DNA of 61,875 nucleotides, filler included, from Globobulimina sp. (taxonomy: Eukaryota), in the NCBI GenBank assembly GCA_003354225.1. It is 25 parts of 25 records of this genome, joined end to end, with 100 filler letters (N's around TTAATTAATTAA, not from the genome) between each part and the next. Parts side by side here need not be neighbours in the genome. Positions count along the whole stretch, not along the records: positions 1 to 2,380 come from PIVH01007021.1; positions 2,481 to 4,860 come from PIVH01007022.1; positions 4,961 to 7,340 come from PIVH01007023.1; positions 7,441 to 9,820 come from PIVH01007024.1; positions 9,921 to 12,300 come from PIVH01007025.1; 20 more parts are not named here. One strand, given 5' to 3'. Positions 1 through 10,677 of this stretch are shown one piece after another. Position 1 is the stretch's first letter, and each line of letters starts with the position of its first letter. The notes below the pieces were generated by a model, which did no database searches, was not told where the DNA came from, and saw only the letters and a list, made by a program, of their open reading frames with translations. The translations under genes and the position numbers were made by a program.

Positions 1-503
1 GAATGTGGTTGACAGTGGAAATGAAACACTGTCCAAATGATATGAATGGATCTGTTGATATAGAGGTTGAATGATTGTTAACTTTATCTAATAATGTAAT
101 ATTTTGTACTTTGTTCAATTGTGTATTGAACAGTTTGATGGTTGCTGCAGAGGATTGAGAGGAATTGCTGTCAATTAAAATGTTAGTTTTATCATAGCAG
201 ATATAAGATGTCAATGTAAAAAGATGTATTATGTAACGTTTTGGTCGAATTAGCAAATCTTGTTGCTTGATATGGTTGTTTTGTCTTTAAATCGGGTTCG
301 CTGTCATGAGTCAGCAACACTACAAACAATCCATTTTTGCTGCAGCAGAATCGAAATAGCAAATCTTTAATCTCTGTTGGAAATTTTACTGCCAATTTGA
401 CAGCACCAATATATCCAGATATTAATAGAGATAATTGTGGCTCCTTTGGTGGTGATTGTCTTTCTGTTTCATTCAGATTGCTTTTGCTTTTGCAAGCACC
501 CAT
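1..503 (-). CDS. Hypothetical protein, 3'-truncated; MG start (possible myristoylation) and GY...P-x-E-I box
   Basis: Starts MGACKSKS and contains LLISGYI...FPTEIKDLLFRF. A plausible 41-nt GT-AG intron (gtttgtag...ttaaag) joins it to a frame that stays open to the contig end. Confidence 0.55.
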
Positions 504-598
504 AACATAGCAATGATATCATCAACAAATAATATAAAGTTTTCTTGAAGGATATACTTCAGTTCAACTCAGTTCAGTTCGTCAAACAACCGTAGTCA

Positions 599-1843
599 AT
601 GATGTTGCGATTTCTTATTGTTTTGTTATGTTTTGCGGTAACAGCAAGTGATGATTCAAGTGAAACAATTAATTGTGGTGATACGAATGTATTGCTAGAT
701 ACAAGAGATAGTGTTTCCGATGATAGTGTTTTAAATTTTACATTTCAACCAGTTATGGATTATAGTACGGTTACCTTCGGTTTATGTAGCATTGGGAATT
801 TCAAATGGCATCAATCCTTCAATCATATTACCAGTGACTATGCAGCGTTTAATAATGATGATTATCCATTGAATGCATGTCCATCTTATACATATTCAAA
901 TATTCAAATGGGTAATGATTATACCTTTGCATTTGGCCCATATGGTTCTGATGTTGGTGCCGGTGCGCCTTTTTTATTAGATTTATTTTGTGACGAAGAA
1001 TATAATCCAATTTTACCCAAAACAAATGACTTAATCAGTAACTCTTGCAATTACATTCAAAACACATCATGGCACAGACCAATACCAATTGGTGTATGTT
1101 TAGCAGTGTATAATAGTGTTGGCTCTTATTCATATAAATATGTCTGTAATAGCGAGGGTGGCATAGATGTTTATAATTATACAGCAACATATGATTGCAG
1201 TTTAAGGTATCATCGCAATTACAAAATGCAATTTATATAATATAATATCGATCGTCATATTATTATATTTTGTAAATTGCTTTTTGTAATATTATTCCCC
1301 GTTTCCTTAAGTGAACCAACACAAACAATTTCATTAAATATGTCAGCTGTATTTTCATATAATTGCGGTGCAATTGAAGCATGTCCATATGTTAAAACAA
1401 CATTGCATCAAATGGTATATTCATCCATCTGTGAATTCGATGAGAATGTATGGAAACAAGATGCAGTATTAACGGATCAATGTTTTATAACAAAAGCTCA
1501 ACGCAGCAACGCATTTATATCAACAATAATTTCATGCAATCAAGGCAGAATAACAAATAATACATATATTGGTTATGATTGTGGTCAAACAAACTCTTTA
1601 TATCATTACAATACCACACATATTGATGATAGTACCTGTTTTTTAGATTCAAAGGAATATGTTACAATCGAAGGATGTTACAAAGATACTGCTCCAACAA
1701 CCACAGAGGTGGGTAATAGTGGTACCACGCAAGAAACTGATACAACAAAGCAAGGTACGCCAATGCCAGGCGTTAGCCATACGAGCAATGCAATGTATGG
1801 TATTGTTTCTGCATTTTTATTAGCTGCAATACTTATTAATTAA
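599..1843 (+). CDS. Secreted Cys-rich surface protein, possibly GPI-anchored
   Basis: Signal peptide MMLRFLIVLLCFAVTA. Intron 1207-1311 (gtatca...ttaag) joins the two ORFs in frame. Thr-rich stalk, then hydrophobic end YGIVSAFLLAAILIN. Confidence 0.75.
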
Positions 1844-1963
1844 TTGTGCCAAATGTACAGTATACTGTATACATTTAAATGTCTTGTTTTGGGGGAATAA
1901 AAGTTAAAAAGCTAGTGCAAGGTCAGCAAGGATGACATATCAATTAATAAATAATATCAGTCT

Positions 1964-2380
1964 CTATCCAGTCATTCCAACATGTCCCATATTATAATGT
2001 CCATTTTTAAAATTATAACACCACATAATCCCATACCATCCGGCCACCATCGCCGCTAACGGTATAAAGCTAGGCACATATTTGAAATATTTAAAATATT
2101 TACTATTTTTCATCTGCGTTTGATCCGATCTTTGCGCCATAATAAATATAAAAGCAGCAGCGCCGCCCAATAAATTCGCGGCGCCAACAATATAAGTTTC
2201 GACACCAAATTGATACCGAGACATATGTGAAATATATCCAATTTTATTGCCTTCCTTATGCAACCACGGCGTACTACGAATACTGGAAAACATTCCACCG
2301 CCAATGATGAAGGAATACGCGAGCATACACACCACGGCATAAATAAACATTGATTTGCGTAATTTATCAATGATTTTACG
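1964..2380 (-). CDS. OST3: Oligosaccharyltransferase OST3/OST6 (MAGT1/TUSC3) family subunit, C-terminal part
   Basis: GGGMFSSIRSTPW...QFGVETYIVG matches the OST3/6 transmembrane-region signature. 5'-truncated by the contig end. Confidence 0.85.
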   Translation of the reverse strand, partial: RKIIDKLRKSMFIYAVVCMLAYSFIIGGGMFSSIRSTPWLHKEGNKIGYISHMSRYQFGVETYIVGAANLLGGAAAFIFIMAQRSDQTQMKNSKYFKYFKYVPSFIPLAAMVAGWYGIMWCYNFKNGHYNMGHVGMTG

Positions 2381-2480
2381 NNNNNNNNNNNNNNNNNNNN
2401 NNNNNNNNNNNNNNNNNNNNNNNNTTAATTAATTAANNNNNNNNNNNNNNNNNNNNNNNNNNNNNNNNNNNNNNNNNNNN
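2381..2480. other. Artificial contig spacer (first of 24)
   Basis: 44 N + TTAATTAATTAA + 44 N. The same spacer starts at 4861, 7341, 9821, 12301, 14781, 17261, 19741, 22220, 24699, 27178, 29657, 32136, 34615, 37094, 39573, 42052, 44531, 47009, 49487, 51965, 54443, 56921 and 59399. Confidence 0.99.
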
Positions 2481-4860
2481 TTGAAGGTGGATACAATAAT
2501 TGGGATCGTACATATTCTGCTTGTTTTATATGCTTAGAAGAGATGGAATTGTTTGCGACAGACTGGGCCGACGAAGAGGCCGTATTGGCGGATGATGACG
2601 GATGCGTGTTATGTACGACTGGGCTGTCAACAGGGCAGATGTCTGTGAATCAAGCAGATATTCAGTATGAACTAATTTTTGAGTTGTTACAGTCTCCAAA
2701 TAATAGTGTATTTACATTGGATTCAGAGGTTGGAAATCTTACTTTTACAGAATGTGACCCTGGTTATGGAACTACGCGCGGGGCGGCGAGTATTGATTGT
2801 AATAAATGTCCATTTAATCAGTTTTCGTTGCAGTCATCGTTGGATCCATGTATTGCATGCACTGATGTTGACGAAGGTATTTGTATGTTTGGCAACGCGT
2901 TTTTCTGTTTTTTATTTTGTAAATGATTAAGGCCTGGCCTGTCGGGGTGGTAATGAGACCGAGTTAACATATAATTATTGGATTGCAGCGTGGGACTATA
3001 AACGTAAAGCATTGAAGCCATTTTATGAAATTACAGGGTTAGATAATGCATCACATAGTGATAAGATTGTGACTGCGTTATGTCCGCCTAAATGTATGTG
3101 TTAATTTATGACCAATTTGTTGTACTAATATGTGATTTTTTGTATGTACATGTATTAAAATAAAATTATAAGATTGTTGCCAAGAAGTGTCTGGATGCGA
3201 TTATTTATCACAATATTTACATCGACCAACGAGATATACAAAATATTATGGTGAAGGAGAATACGATGAAAATGGGGCTTGGATTTGGAGAAACAAAACA
3301 GAAACAAAATGGAATATAACTTATACTGATGGTACGTTCACTTATTCTGGTTGGGAATATGATGAGGGAGCTGCTATTCGAGAAAATGGATTATTATGTG
3401 CGTTTGGAAGGGATGTTGACGGTATGTATTGTCTGCGTCATTGTAACCATTGTTTTAAAAAAAAACTTTTTACTTAGTACCATTATGCGGAGCCTGTCTA
3501 GGTTTGTGGTTTTTTACACTAAACGTTTCTGTTTTTCATAAGTAATATCTTGCCAAACACTTCAGAGGGATGGGCAGAATTGTTAGGTACGACCCAATGT
3601 GGCATCTGCAAGGAAACCAAGGGCTGGTTAGGGCTTATTGTTGCTGCTTTCATTTTGACCATGTTTCTTTCGTGGTATGTTATATTTTGTGACAGCAAAC
3701 CGGTGGATTATTCTGATATCGCCACTAAAAAACAATTAATGATTCTTGATGACATCATAGGATTTCAAACCTTATTATTCAAGCCTTGCTTATATTATTT
3801 CCAATCCTTAAATCCCATCATAGATACCAGAGGTATCACGTTATGGTTATCGCCGGTTTTAGCTTTTTTTAGTTTCTCCTTCGACACTGTTGGTGGGCAA
3901 AACAGCAAAATCTGTTGGAGTGAAGGGTTGGAGGCCTGCGGTGAAATATTGATTAATTTATTATTGCCGGTGTTGCTGATGATTAATTTATTAGTGCCAA
4001 GTTTGTGTATTAACAGAAAAGGATTTGGCAGAGCTCCTTGTTGCTGCTGCTTGAAAAGAAAACAAATATGTTGTTGTTGCTGGTCCAGTTATCAAGAACC
4101 TTTTTTTTGTTCTGCTTTTTTCCGCGTTTTATTGATTACAATCGGCGTTGTATTGACCGTCTGTTTTAAATATGTGACTTACGTCGAATTGGAAGACGAA
4201 AAGCGAATGTTTTATAGTGCTGATAAGCAGGCATTTGGAGGTTGGTGGTTCATTGGGTTTTTTGGTGTGGTTTTTGTGTTGGCTGCATTTGTGTTTATTT
4301 TTTATAAAATTAAAAAGCAACCGTTGGAACAGCGATATTCCACTCGGTCGGCCCATCGTAAGTTTGTCCAATCGTTTAAGAAAGAATATTGGTATTGGGA
4401 GTTTGTATTATTTTCGCGGAGGTTTTTTGTTTCATTTTTTACGAGCGTTCAGTTTGTGGGCGGCGGTTATACAAATTTTATATTTTTGATGGTGTTGGTT
4501 ATTTATTTAATATTACAGATTCATTATAAACCGTTTGCATATGGACGAGCGAACAAAATTGAAGGTTTAAATATGGTTTTGTTGATTGCAGCATTTTCTG
4601 CAGCCACTTTTATTCATATTAATGATGAAGGTATAATATATAAATTATTGTTTTGTGATTCAATTTTCTTTTTTTTTGTGCATTTATCAGATTTATTTGT
4701 TGGTTGGATTTTATCAATATGTATATTGATACCGTTGATTATTGTTTTTGTGTATTTTATGAAGATTATTGTGCATAGAATGAAATGGTTTAGTTACAAG
4801 GCTGACGATACGAAGATAAATGCAGCAAAAATGTTGGAAAGAATGCCTAAATCGTTTAAA
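2481..4860 (+). CDS. Multi-exon membrane protein with Cys-rich ectodomain and multi-pass C-terminus (partial at both ends)
   Basis: CxxC repeats (ECDPGYG, CNKCPFNQFS, CGICKE), many TM helices, FKKEYWYWEFVLFSRR and LQIHYKPF motifs typical of protist TRP-C-terminal-like membrane proteins. Several short GT-AG introns split the ORFs. Confidence 0.7.
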
Positions 4861-5185
4861 NNNNNNNNNNNNNNNNNNNNNNNNNNNNNNNNNNNNNNNN
4901 NNNNTTAATTAATTAANNNNNNNNNNNNNNNNNNNNNNNNNNNNNNNNNNNNNNNNNNNNTCAAGCATGTTATTTTTTTTACACTCACTCTCGTTAAACA
5001 ATACCTCGTTGAAGCAAGGAAAAACAGTTAATACTTTTTTATACAGAAACGATTTGCTATATATCGCTCTGTTTGGGTGTTATAACTGATTGCCTTTTGG
5101 GTAGACAATATTTTTAATTACATGCAAAGATATCATACTGCATTCCACAAACTTTTGCTTCTTTAGGTTTTTATTTTGTAAATAA

Positions 5186-6019
5186 CTACGAAAGTTTACA
5201 GTGAACAACTTGCACACATTCACCTTTTGTAGCACACAATGAAAGTGCAGGAATAATGCTTTTATATCCATTCAATGATATGACATACAAAGCGTTGCCG
5301 TTGTGATACAATGTTAATTTATCATTTTTCAAATTAAACGAGATTCTAAATATATCTTTTTGTTTGAATCTATTTGGAAAAAAGTTATCCAATGATTTAC
5401 CATCGTTATTTTTATCATATAAATGCATTTCGTCATTATTGCGTCGAATTATTATTCCTACAGAACACGATTTATTTTTGCCACATCCCAATGCTTCATT
5501 GAATTCAAAATCTTCAAGGGATGGACCATAAATATATCCCATATAAAAGCAATGCATACTTTTCTTCCATTTTAAATAAATATCAAATTTATTGCACTGT
5601 TCAATGGATATTCTTTCACCAAAAATGCATGTTGACACACGGTTATATGCTGTTACTGTCATTTCAGCTGTTGTCTTATTTGGAAATTTGATATTTTCAC
5701 CAAAACAATTGGCATTAAATTCGTATTTATCATCATAAAATAATAAAATAAAATAAACTATGTCCAGCGGAATTGATTCAAATTTAATAGCAACAGATTT
5801 AACATATCCAAATATGGTGTCATGCAGTTCTTGATCAATGCGCATGTAAATAGTTTCTATTTTCCGTCCATCCTTATAATTCCTCTTTGTTTTATGCGAT
5901 TTTTTGTGTTTCTTTCTAATCCGGTTTGTAAATCTTGCTTGATAAGTTTTGATAACAGTCATTTTCCCATTGAAAATAATGGAATATTGGCCACCTTCAA
6001 AATTAGTTGATATTGCCAT
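5186..6019 (-). CDS. SPRY/B30.2-like domain protein with GY...IPxDI box
   Basis: TIFGYVK...IPLDIVYFILLFY, then a beta-rich domain ending DIFRISFNLKNDKLTLYHNG...IIPALSL (SPRY-like). Confidence 0.65.
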   Translation of the reverse strand: MAISTNFEGGQYSIIFNGKMTVIKTYQARFTNRIRKKHKKSHKTKRNYKDGRKIETIYMRIDQELHDTIFGYVKSVAIKFESIPLDIVYFILLFYDDKYEFNANCFGENIKFPNKTTAEMTVTAYNRVSTCIFGERISIEQCNKFDIYLKWKKSMHCFYMGYIYGPSLEDFEFNEALGCGKNKSCSVGIIIRRNNDEMHLYDKNNDGKSLDNFFPNRFKQKDIFRISFNLKNDKLTLYHNGNALYVISLNGYKSIIPALSLCATKGECVQVVHCKLS

Positions 6020-6098
6020 GTCACCAAGCTCAGCTTTTTTATTAATTTAAAAAACATTTACTGTACACTGTATGCACTATTTATAATAATAAATATAG

Positions 6099-7340
6099 TT
6101 ATCCAGACATAGTGACCTGGAAAGTTATGGTAAATTGTGTATTTACAGTCAATGTAAGTTGTGATAATGTTAATACACCGCTTGCTTTATTATATGCCAT
6201 TTCATAATGACTATTTGGTGTAATGTTAATTGCTGTCACCGCATTTATTTTACCATTTAATCCAACAACTTTCACTCGATTCACTGCTCCATTATTCCCA
6301 AGCGTCGTATATCCATTTCTAACAATATCATTCTTTAACGTAAATTGTAATTTACTGCCATCAAAAGCTACGTTATATTGAATCAATGTATATTTCCCAC
6401 TAATTACAGAATTAATAGATATCCCATCATCGATATAAACATTTCCATTCGCATTATTATCACTATCCAATGCCACCAATATCTGATACGGTTTGACAGA
6501 CTGTTCCTTTGTCGTCAATGTACCATTCAAATCCTGCAATGTTAATATTGAGCCACCTCTTAAATGGATTGGCAACACATCCAACGGAGCATTAACCACT
6601 ACATATCCACTTTGCGTTAATTCATTAAATGTAAACCATTCATACCATCTGGCAGTAGCTGGAAAATATGCCCTCACCGTTGTTTGTCCCTGGTTTAAAG
6701 CAGGAGATATTAACAATGCATGTCCCAACATAAACTGATCGACAATGCCATACGTATTCATATCTAATTGAAAGGGCTCATTTAACCATAACGATCGCAT
6801 AACTGTTTCTGAATTAATATGTGCTAAATAAAACAATGTGTATAAATACGGCAATATTTCATATCTCACTTGCAAATATTTACGCGAGATGGATATAACC
6901 GGTTCGCCCAAAGATGGCGGATCCTGCGGTTTAGCGCGGCACGTATTATGATTGCGGGAAAACCCATAAAATGCGCCCACAGCCATCCAACGCGCACACA
7001 ATTCAACGGTTGTATCACCACCAAAGCCACAAATATCCGTACCAACCATCGGAATGCCAAACAAATTAAATCCAATCAACTCCGTGATTGCAATTTGCAT
7101 ATCAATATAATGTGCACTGTTGTCACCAATCCAATGTCCACCATATTTTCCTGACGATGCAAATGTCGAACGTGAGATCATAAAATTCCTTTCGGTGCCT
7201 CCATGAGTTTGATTCAATGCATAATCAGTAGCCACCATCTCGCTGTGTCCAAACAAAGAATGTGTGTTATACTGCATTGTTGTCGAACCTTTATACGCCG
7301 ACACTGCCGTCATACAAATGGTATTCTGAGCGAGCGTCGA
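6099..7340 (-). CDS. Glycoside hydrolase family 31 alpha-glucosidase, C-terminal half
   Basis: SRSTF, HWIGDN (acid/base Asp), PMVGTDICGF, FSRNHN, DQFMLG and LPIHLRGG motifs. 5'-truncated. Confidence 0.95.
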   Translation of the reverse strand, partial: STLAQNTICMTAVSAYKGSTTMQYNTHSLFGHSEMVATDYALNQTHGGTERNFMISRSTFASSGKYGGHWIGDNSAHYIDMQIAITELIGFNLFGIPMVGTDICGFGGDTTVELCARWMAVGAFYGFSRNHNTCRAKPQDPPSLGEPVISISRKYLQVRYEILPYLYTLFYLAHINSETVMRSLWLNEPFQLDMNTYGIVDQFMLGHALLISPALNQGQTTVRAYFPATARWYEWFTFNELTQSGYVVVNAPLDVLPIHLRGGSILTLQDLNGTLTTKEQSVKPYQILVALDSDNNANGNVYIDDGISINSVISGKYTLIQYNVAFDGSKLQFTLKNDIVRNGYTTLGNNGAVNRVKVVGLNGKINAVTAINITPNSHYEMAYNKASGVLTLSQLTLTVNTQFTITFQVTMSG

Positions 7341-7682
7341 NNNNNNNNNNNNNNNNNNNNNNNNNNNNNNNNNNNNNNNNNNNNTTAATTAATTAANNNN
7401 NNNNNNNNNNNNNNNNNNNNNNNNNNNNNNNNNNNNNNNNATCCAATATAAATAGCACCAATCCACTCCACCATAAATAGCACCAATCCACAACTACTGT
7501 CGCCATAATTGAATTCCATACCAAATACATACAATAATACATATCCATACAAATATTATTCCATAACTTGATAAAGCTCCATCTCAGCTTTCATCTGATA
7601 CCTATATGTCCGATATAGGACCAATATTTCCATTATAAAAAACGGTCTGAATCTCATAATCAGTGCTTTCGGATTTTGCACT

Positions 7683-7930
7683 TATCACTATTGAGCCGAG
7701 GATTTTCCTTCAAATCCGCAGCTTTTCAAGTTTGGTGAAAAAGTGAATAATATTTATGGTGGAGTGGATTGGTGCTATTTATATTGGATTTATGGATGTA
7801 AAAAAAAATATAGGATGAAAGTAGAGATTGAGGCGGTCATTTTGGTGCAATTTTGGCTGTCTGGGGATCGATATTTCCCTATTAAACACGCTCGCGGTTT
7901 GGTGTGAAAATCATCGGCTCAATAGTGATA
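7683..7930. mobile_element. Putative MITE (non-autonomous DNA transposon)
   Basis: 25-bp terminal inverted repeat with one mismatch: tatcactattgagccgaggattttc (7683-7707) and gaaaatcatcggctcaatagtgata (7906-7930). No internal ORF. Confidence 0.65.
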
Positions 7931-7997
7931 CATCAGTGGTTTTAATTTACCGTATTATAAAACATTAAAACCAAGTTCTTATTGCATACACACATAT

Positions 7998-9820
7998 TTA
8001 TAAAATAATAGTTTTCGTTGTTTTTAGAGTAGTAAGTTTTTTTTGTTGTTGAATTGTCAAAATATCCCAAGATCCATCTCTGGATTGTTTCGTCATTTTA
8101 ATCGTATATCTCTGTGATTTGAATTCTTGTTCAAAGTCATGATCTTTATACGCAAAATACAACCAACTACATTTATCCCTTGGTCTATACACTTTAATTT
8201 CAATTTGTTGAATATGATTTGTTGCCAATTCAATAATTTTAATAACAGATGATATAAATTTGGACAAATCAAACGATAATTTACCATAAAAATCATAAAT
8301 AATAATTTTTTTACATTTATTGAATAACTGTGATATTAAATCCATTCTTAAGCGATTACTATCAAACAAAATATGTTTAAACAAAGTGAAATAGTTATTA
8401 ATATATTGTAAATTGATCACAATCCTTTTCTTATGATCACAAAATGTAACAAAAGTATCATTAATATATTTTAAAAATTTATTCTTTTCCCCATACAATT
8501 TAGAATTTATTAATTTTTCTAATATTTTTTTGTCCGCTTTCTTAATATTTTCCTTCTCGCCGCCACTTAATTGAATTCCTGACAGCATACAATCCAAAAA
8601 AAACAATGCTTTAAAAAACCAATAAAGATTTTGTTTCGTTCTCATTAAAATAACAGATTCCAATCGCAGCGGATAAGCACCGCCACAAAATAATCTCTCA
8701 TCCTCTTCGTTGTAACAACTCAGAAAAGAACAATTAAAATACCGCAAAAACTGTGAATGCAAATTGCTTCCATTATTCATTTGGATCACAATTCCATTTT
8801 CATCCGCAAAATTATAGGCAACTTCCAACTGCTTACTGGTCGAAGTCGGCGCACATAATCTCATCACAAATGAAGGTATTAACATAAAACTCAAACCGCT
8901 ATAAAAAGGCTCACCTTTTTTTCTACCAAGTTTGTCGCCAAAATACTGCACACTTTCTCGGATTAATTTGCTCCAATTCCAATATTCCGCATTTCGAGCT
9001 TTAATGCACGACAACGATTCGTGCAAATATTTTGGACGGAATGTTGACGAAAACGCAGTGGACAGCTCATTGAAATCAGTATAAAATAAAATGCTCAAAA
9101 TATGAGACAAAGTAAAGGCAACTCCTTCGTCAATATCATAATGTAAAGTACCGTCAACACAATCCGCCTTTAATTTTTTTATTGCTTCGGAACTTTGATA
9201 TTTCTGCGCTTTATGATAAATAAATTCATATTTTGGTAATGCAATGCAATGTATTTTGTTATTTAAAAGCTCAAATTTGAAGTTCTGATATTTTTTGTCA
9301 ATAAATAAATCTTTAAAAGAATATCCCAAATGAGATACGTTTTCATTGTACCATTCTTGTTTAATTCTTTTCTTTTTTTTGTAATATGGCCAATAATAAA
9401 ATGTATAACCAATGCTAAATGACGACACATCTTCTTCCGGAGCCTTTTTTTCTTCGTTTGCAGCATTGTCATTATTAATGTGCTGGTATCTATTCACTGT
9501 GATGTTATATTTAGAACTTTTGTAGCGTTCAACGGTGATATTATTTTGTTTCAATATTTGTTTTTGTTTTGATAGCGAATTTACTGCAATGCTACATTCA
9601 TCGTATTTTGATTCAGTGTTTAGATCTTTTTTAACTCTCAATCCTGAATCAAATAAATGAAATAAATGACAATGTGCTTGGTCTAATAAATCGCGCCAGA
9701 AAATAAATTCGCACACAGACTCATTACATTTCTCTCTGTTTCTGTTGCATCGTTTGAATGATAAACAGGTGGATATGTTACATTTGTTATCATTCGCGAA
9801 TAAATTATAAATTGTTTCAG
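7998..9820 (-). CDS. Lineage-specific protein with ADP-ribosyltransferase (R-S-E class)-like domain, 5'-truncated
   Basis: Ordered motifs ILFYTD, FYSG, CAPTSTS, VAYNF, GIVI and FLSCYNEEDERLF. The frame is open upstream of 9716 to the contig end. Confidence 0.7.
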
Positions 9821-9920
9821 NNNNNNNNNNNNNNNNNNNNNNNNNNNNNNNNNNNNNNNNNNNNTTAATTAATTAANNNNNNNNNNNNNNNNNNNNNNNN
9901 NNNNNNNNNNNNNNNNNNNN

Positions 9921-10409
9921 ACATTTTGATTTAAAACTATTTTTTATTTGCGTTTCTAGTCTGTTATCGATTTCATATATTCTTGATTTTGATACGGTTA
10001 TCAAGCACTTATCAACCACGGGTTCATCACAAATATCATAATACAATTGCAACATTGCAAGATTGTTATTTTTATCTAATGCTACAAACGATAATCCTGT
10101 TTTTAATGCATGATCTATAATTGGTGTATAATAAGGGACACAATCTTCAAATGGAGTGTTAAATACTAATCCATATTCTATTTGACCTAAATAAGAGAAA
10201 GCGACTGATAATAAATCAATAGCTTGTTGCTTATGTTGACTTGTCAGTATGCCAAATGTATAATCGTTTAAAGATAGACAATCTAACAATTCTTTTGTTT
10301 TTTTGTGAGACAACACATAATTAATCAATTTGGCGTAATCTTTCTTCAAATTATTTCTTTCCTTCAAATTATTGATGTATATATATATATATTCAAGCTC
10401 AGTTGACAT
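9921..10409 (-). CDS. Possible GNAT (arylalkylamine N-acetyltransferase-like) protein, N-terminal part
   Basis: YTFGILTSQHKQQAIDLLSVAF...LSFVALDKNNNL resembles the GNAT N-terminal elements. The acetyl-CoA motif would lie beyond the contig end. Confidence 0.45.
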
Positions 10410-10677
10410 GCCTACTAACTAAGTTTGTCGAAAGTAGTTTCTGAAAACGATAATCTCAATTCATCTCTGTACATATCAATAATTCACTGGTTTTACAGGT
10501 GTATGAGTATCATGTGTTTGCAGAAGGATGTCTGGGACTGATGTCACAATATAAATCCATGAACAAAAATCTGAAAGAAAAATGTACAAATTAATAGCAA
10601 AAAAAAAGAAAAGAAAAAAAATTCAAAACAGAAATAATGAATCCAATACTCACATATTATCTGTTTTTTTTCTTTTA

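Noticed and set aside
1-330. Apparent frameshift in the first gene
   Set aside because: A 41-nt GT-AG intron restores the frame.
2381-2480. Regularly spaced TTAATTAATTAA palindromes flanked by N, resembling a repeat array or nanochromosome boundaries
   Set aside because: Identical synthetic spacer inside N padding; a concatenation artefact.
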